DNA of 24,000 nt from Candidatus Parcubacteria bacterium (lineage in GTDB: Bacteria; Patescibacteriota; Saccharimonadia; Saccharimonadales; Saccharimonadaceae): contig JAEWBQ010000004.1 in NCBI GenBank assembly GCA_023391075.1, forward strand, positions 60,379 through 84,378, in the 5' to 3' direction. Both the position numbers and the translations under genes were made by a program. Of this stretch, positions 21,117 through 24,000 are shown one piece after another. The notes under the pieces are model-generated. The model did not search any database. It was not told the origin of the DNA and worked only from the letters and a program-made list of their open reading frames with translations. The first letter of the stretch is position 1, and each line of letters opens with the position of its first letter.

Positions 21117-22745
21117 TTAATTCGCGAGAGATTGATCGGCTACCCGCGATACGTCATAGTCAGGACGGAGCTGCGAGACCAGCGTACGGATATCAACCGC
21201 CTGCTTTACCCCTGGATTTAATATTCCATGCGGATCAAAGATATGCTTTACCGCATCGAACAGCTCACGGACTTCCTTGTCCAGTTGTCGGTATGCCACC
21301 GGCGCTTTAATGCGGCCTTCACTCGCCTCGGCAATCACCGCACCGCGTGCGGTATCGACGATAGTTCCAAATTCATCGAGCAATTTGAAGATCTTCTGCT
21401 TGTCACTGACCTTGCTGAGCTGGAGATGTGGACGAGTATACCAGATATTGTCATTCATGTCCGCATACAGCCCGATCGTGACGTGATGCTTTGCAGCGAG
21501 AGCGTCGACGGCGTCGATGAACGCTTCGCGGTGTTCGGTCGGGACGAATACACCGTCAAGCAGCGGCGGCGCGGACACGCCCTTGGCATCAGGCCGGAGC
21601 GTATAATTCGTCACGTCGCGAATCGCGAGCAGCTTGCTGATATCCTCGTCATCCGAGGTCGTCACAAGCGCATCAGTCGGTTCTAGGCGTTTCAGTGCCT
21701 TCTTCAGCTGGCGCGCAGCCGCATGCTCGCTGAAATCTTCAAATACCGCCACGATAGCAGCTCGGTGATCAACGACCGATACTGCTGCGTACGTCTTTCC
21801 CTGCTTACCAGCCTCCTGAAACAACTCGCCATCGTAATATTCAAGAATAGACGGCTCAAGCTCATTCAGACCATCAGCTGCATCACGCGCCGCCTCGGCA
21901 GTCGGGAACGCCGCCACAAGCGCAGTACGTTTACTAGGAGCAAATTCTGCCTTCATGATCATTTCAGAAATGATACCGAGCGTACCCTGCGAACCGGTAA
22001 ACAGCGGCGTAAGGTCAAATGAGCCATCAGGACGCTTAACATCACGAAGCGCCGTATAGCCAATCGCGTCACGGGTATTCTCGCCGGCGAGCTTATCGAT
22101 AATTAACTCTTTGTTGTCCTCGATCAGGTTGTCCAGCTTACGGTAGATATCACCTTCGAAACCTGGCAGTCCTTTTTTCTTGCTAAGGTCACGCTTTGAC
22201 AGGCGCTCGGTTTGCAAAATGTCACCGTTTGCCAGTACTACCTCCAGCTGATGCGTCCAAGCGCGCATCGTGCCATAGCGTGCAGTACGGGAACCGCCCG
22301 CATTATTTGCCACAGCGCCGCCGATCGTACTATAGGCGTACGATCGCGGCAGAGCTGGCAGCATCATACCCTGGAGCAGAAGCATGTCGTGTAGCGCCTG
22401 CGCATTCATGCCTGGCTGTAAGCGAACCAGCTTTTGGCGCTGATCAAATTCGAGCGGCTGGTTCATGTGGGCAGTGAGTGCCAAAACGACTCCGCGCCCA
22501 ATTGCCGCACCCGTCTGATCTGTACCGCTGCCACGAGCCGTAATCGGCAACACGTGCCCCTTTTCGGCCAGCTGCCAGGCAAAGCGAGCTACTTTGCGGA
22601 TGTCATTGGTTACGCGTGGATAGACGACCATTTCGGGGGTTTGCTGCAGCACGCTCGCGTCCGTACTGAGCGCGGCGAGGATTGCGGGCTGAATCGAGAC
22701 TTCACCAAGGATATGTTCTTGCAAGTAGGCGGCAACTTTACTCAT
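21117..22745 (-). CDS. FAD-binding (PCMH-type, FAD_binding_4) oxidase / dehydrogenase, GlcD / D-lactate dehydrogenase-like
   Basis: 542 aa. The N-terminal FAD-binding region includes ITARGSGTDQTGAAIG, STIGGAVANNAGG and FTGSQGTLGIISE. The substrate cannot be inferred. Confidence 0.9.
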   Translation of the reverse strand: MSKVAAYLQEHILGEVSIQPAILAALSTDASVLQQTPEMVVYPRVTNDIRKVARFAWQLAEKGHVLPITARGSGTDQTGAAIGRGVVLALTAHMNQPLEFDQRQKLVRLQPGMNAQALHDMLLLQGMMLPALPRSYAYSTIGGAVANNAGGSRTARYGTMRAWTHQLEVVLANGDILQTERLSKRDLSKKKGLPGFEGDIYRKLDNLIEDNKELIIDKLAGENTRDAIGYTALRDVKRPDGSFDLTPLFTGSQGTLGIISEMIMKAEFAPSKRTALVAAFPTAEAARDAADGLNELEPSILEYYDGELFQEAGKQGKTYAAVSVVDHRAAIVAVFEDFSEHAAARQLKKALKRLEPTDALVTTSDDEDISKLLAIRDVTNYTLRPDAKGVSAPPLLDGVFVPTEHREAFIDAVDALAAKHHVTIGLYADMNDNIWYTRPHLQLSKVSDKQKIFKLLDEFGTIVDTARGAVIAEASEGRIKAPVAYRQLDKEVRELFDAVKHIFDPHGILNPGVKQAVDIRTLVSQLRPDYDVSRVADQSLAN

Positions 22746-22766
22746 GAATTTCCCTCATTTGGTACT

Positions 22767-22775
22767 ATCATACCA
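22767..22775 (-). promoter_or_regulatory. Extended -10 (TGgTATGAT) upstream of the FAD oxidase gene
   Basis: rc of 22767..22775 reads TGGTATGAT. A 21-nt leader follows, containing the SD TGAGGG. Confidence 0.4.
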
Positions 22776-22822
22776 CAAGCGCTATGCCATTGAATCGTAA
22801 TGTGGCATTTTTGCTAGGCAGC

Positions 22823-22831
22823 TGCTAGAAT
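22823..22831 (+). promoter_or_regulatory. Extended -10 (TGcTAGAAT) upstream of tRNA-Leu(UAG)
   Basis: TGCTAGAAT lies at 22823..22831, about 20 nt before the mature tRNA 5' end. The -35 is weak. Confidence 0.4.
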
Positions 22832-22851
22832 AAGAAAGTTCTATTCCGTCT

Positions 22852-22936
22852 GCGCGAGTGGTGGAATTGGTAGACACGCTAGCCTTAGGAGCTAGTGCCT
22901 CCGGGCGTGAAGGTTCAAGTCCTTTCTCGCGCACCA
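22852..22936 (+). tRNA. tRNA-Leu (anticodon UAG), class II with long variable arm, CCA encoded
   Basis: The sequence reads GCGCGAG-TG-GTGGAATTGGTAGACAC-G-CTAGC-CTTAGGA-GCTAG-TGCCTCCGGGCGT-GAAGG-TTCAAGT-CCTTT-CTCGCGC-ACCA. The cloverleaf folds by hand. Confidence 0.95.
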
Positions 22937-22945
22937 AGCAAAATT

Positions 22946-22967
22946 GATCTCTTCGGAGATCTTTTTT
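22946..22967 (+). terminator. Rho-independent terminator after tRNA-Leu(UAG)
   Basis: The hairpin gatctc-ttcg-gagatc is followed by TTTTTT. On the other strand it is also well placed after the lipoprotein gene, followed by AATTTTGC. Confidence 0.75.
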
Positions 22968-23013
22968 GTTGGCAAACCCTAACGCTCCTTCCATAAAATG
23001 CAAATACCACAAG

Positions 23014-23436
23014 CTAGCTACCACTCGGTTTGCAGTCGTAATACTGACTGTAGCCCGAGGGATACGTGCCCGGCCGGTAGTAGCCGGGCCACCCGGGATA
23101 CGTCACGTACCCGGGATGACTGTTGTCCGGCTGCGGAGCGGGAAGCTTTTCGGGAGCGGTCGCAGGATGCGCGACCTCGGGATGGGCCTCGCCGCTTGTA
23201 GCGTGGCCTCCTCCGGAGGTGCCACCGTCAGCTGCATGCCCGCCGGAAGATTCGTGTCCGCTGCCGCCACCATGTCCGCCACCACCACCTCCCTTCTCGG
23301 GAGCGTAGATAGCGAGGGTGACACTATTTGTCCCGATCGCGGTAGGGGTGTCGCACGACTTCTGCTGGCCACATGCCGTCAAGGACAGCGCGGCAAGGAG
23401 TGTGATTCCAGCCGCCGTAACCAATTTGCGAAACAT
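23014..23436 (-). CDS. Lipoprotein with a Gly/His-rich low-complexity region and a Pro/Tyr/Gly-rich C-terminus (140 aa)
   Basis: ATG at 23436 has GAAGGG 6 nt upstream. The signal peptide plus lipobox is MFRKLVTAAGITLLAALSLTA|C. The low-complexity region is GGGGGGHGGGSGHESSGGHAADGGTSGGGHATSGEAHPEVAHP, followed by PGYVTYPGWPGYYRPGTYPSGYSQYY. Confidence 0.7.
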   Translation of the reverse strand: MFRKLVTAAGITLLAALSLTACGQQKSCDTPTAIGTNSVTLAIYAPEKGGGGGGHGGGSGHESSGGHAADGGTSGGGHATSGEAHPEVAHPATAPEKLPAPQPDNSHPGYVTYPGWPGYYRPGTYPSGYSQYYDCKPSGS

Positions 23437-23488
23437 ATGTTTCCCTTCTTGCAAAGATGATTTGAGGTCCGATGATCTATCAATTATA

Positions 23489-23517
23489 ATTATATCACAA
23501 AAACTGGTATTTGTCTA
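23489..23517 (-). promoter_or_regulatory. Near-consensus promoter of the lipoprotein gene (TAGACA-17-TGaTATAAT)
   Basis: The -35 TAGACA is rc of 23512..23517 and the -10 TATAAT is rc of 23489..23494, with a 17-nt spacer and a TG extension. A second TATAAT follows in tandem (rc of 23483..23488). Confidence 0.6.
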
Positions 23518-23530
23518 TAACCAGGCACAA

Positions 23531-23552
23531 ATAAAAAACGCCCGAAGGCGCC
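23531..23552 (-). terminator. Rho-independent terminator of rsmD
   Basis: The minus strand reads gcgcc-uucg-ggcgu followed by TTTTTTATTTG. It lies 11 nt past the rsmD stop. Confidence 0.65.
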
Positions 23553-23562
23553 TGGACTTTCT

Positions 23563-24000
23563 CTACTCTTCTCGGCGGTAGAAGGTGAGGTGTGCGTTTC
23601 CATAACTACGATTGTCCACCACAACAACTCCGGTTTTGGTCGGTACCTCACCCCTACCTGGGTGTGATAATATCATAAGCCCATTGGGTTTGAGTAGCCC
23701 TAAGAGCTTCTGCGCTGTGGAAAACTGAGGATCATGATACGGCGGATCGGCGAAAATAAGGTCAAATTGCGAGCTGCCAGCAGTCTCAATCCAGTTTGCA
23801 ACAGTAGTACGAATCAGAGTCGTTTCGTCTTCACAATTTAGTGTTGTAATATTTGCAGCGAGTACTTTTTGAGCGATGCGGTCACGTTCGATAAACGTCG
23901 CGTGACGCGCCCCGCGACTCAGCGCTTCGAGTCCCAGTGCGCCTGTACCAGCAAAAGCATCTAGCACCTCGGCTCCATCCACGAACCCAGCCAGACTGTT
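23563..24000 (-). CDS. rsmD: 16S rRNA (guanine966-N2)-methyltransferase RsmD, 3' part; the gene continues past the right edge
   Basis: The SAM motif VLDAFAGTGALGLEALSRGA and the catalytic DPPY (FADPPY) are present. The frame stays open upstream of the ORF-track GTG through position 24000 (..NSLAGFVDGAEVLDAF). Confidence 0.85.
   Translation of the reverse strand, partial: NSLAGFVDGAEVLDAFAGTGALGLEALSRGARHATFIERDRIAQKVLAANITTLNCEDETTLIRTTVANWIETAGSSQFDLIFADPPYHDPQFSTAQKLLGLLKPNGLMILSHPGRGEVPTKTGVVVVDNRSYGNAHLTFYRREE

Noticed and set aside
22782-23024. 80-aa minus-strand ORF
   Set aside because: It is antisense to tRNA-Leu(UAG) and its terminator, with no translation signals.
22966-23460. 164-aa plus-strand ORF, plus 67-aa and 61-aa ORFs opposite the lipoprotein gene
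   Set aside because: These are antisense frames through the Gly/His repeat DNA, where low-complexity sequence keeps several frames open. Only the minus-strand frame has an SD, a lipobox signal peptide, a promoter and a terminator.
1-24000. CRISPR arrays, rRNA genes, riboswitches, transposases, alternative genetic code
   Set aside because: No spaced direct-repeat array, no rRNA-like sequence and no recognisable riboswitch core were seen. All conserved genes read through cleanly with TGA, TAA and TAG as stops, so there is no evidence of recoding.

Overview
Almost all genes in this window are on the minus strand, and most are housekeeping genes of a compact bacterial genome. All ORFs read cleanly in the standard code. 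The lineage cannot be fixed from sequence alone; the pilin, PP2C and SemiSWEET mix and the broken ribosomal synteny would fit a small-genome Gram-positive-like or Patescibacteria-like organism. Confident calls are rpoB-rpoC, rpsL-rpsG, tig, clpP, hisS, a SpoU/TrmH methyltransferase, partial rsmD, a Crp/Fnr regulator, a PP2C phosphatase, a SemiSWEET-like transporter, a type IV pilin, an FAD-linked oxidase and two tRNA-Leu genes. No CRISPR array, transposase, integrase or rRNA was seen. Six things merit follow-up. (1) A roughly 2.3-kb accessory insert lies between rpoC and rpsL. It carries six small orphan ORFs in four promoter-ORF-terminator cassettes and is the best candidate here for an undescribed system. 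(2) A Crp/Fnr regulator is flanked by two paralogous SPW-like membrane genes, and each paralog promoter has a TGTNA-N6-TNAC(A/G) box 21 nt from a TATGAT -10 (class II geometry). (3) A perfect CIRCE operator overlaps the apparent clpP promoter. (4) At least seven genes have a -10 hexamer 6-10 nt from the start codon and no Shine-Dalgarno, which suggests leaderless mRNAs. (5) There is a His/Gly-rich lipoprotein. (6) Two tRNA-Leu genes in inverted orientation bracket one gene. All promoter, terminator and operator calls come from reading the sequence by eye and are unvalidated.
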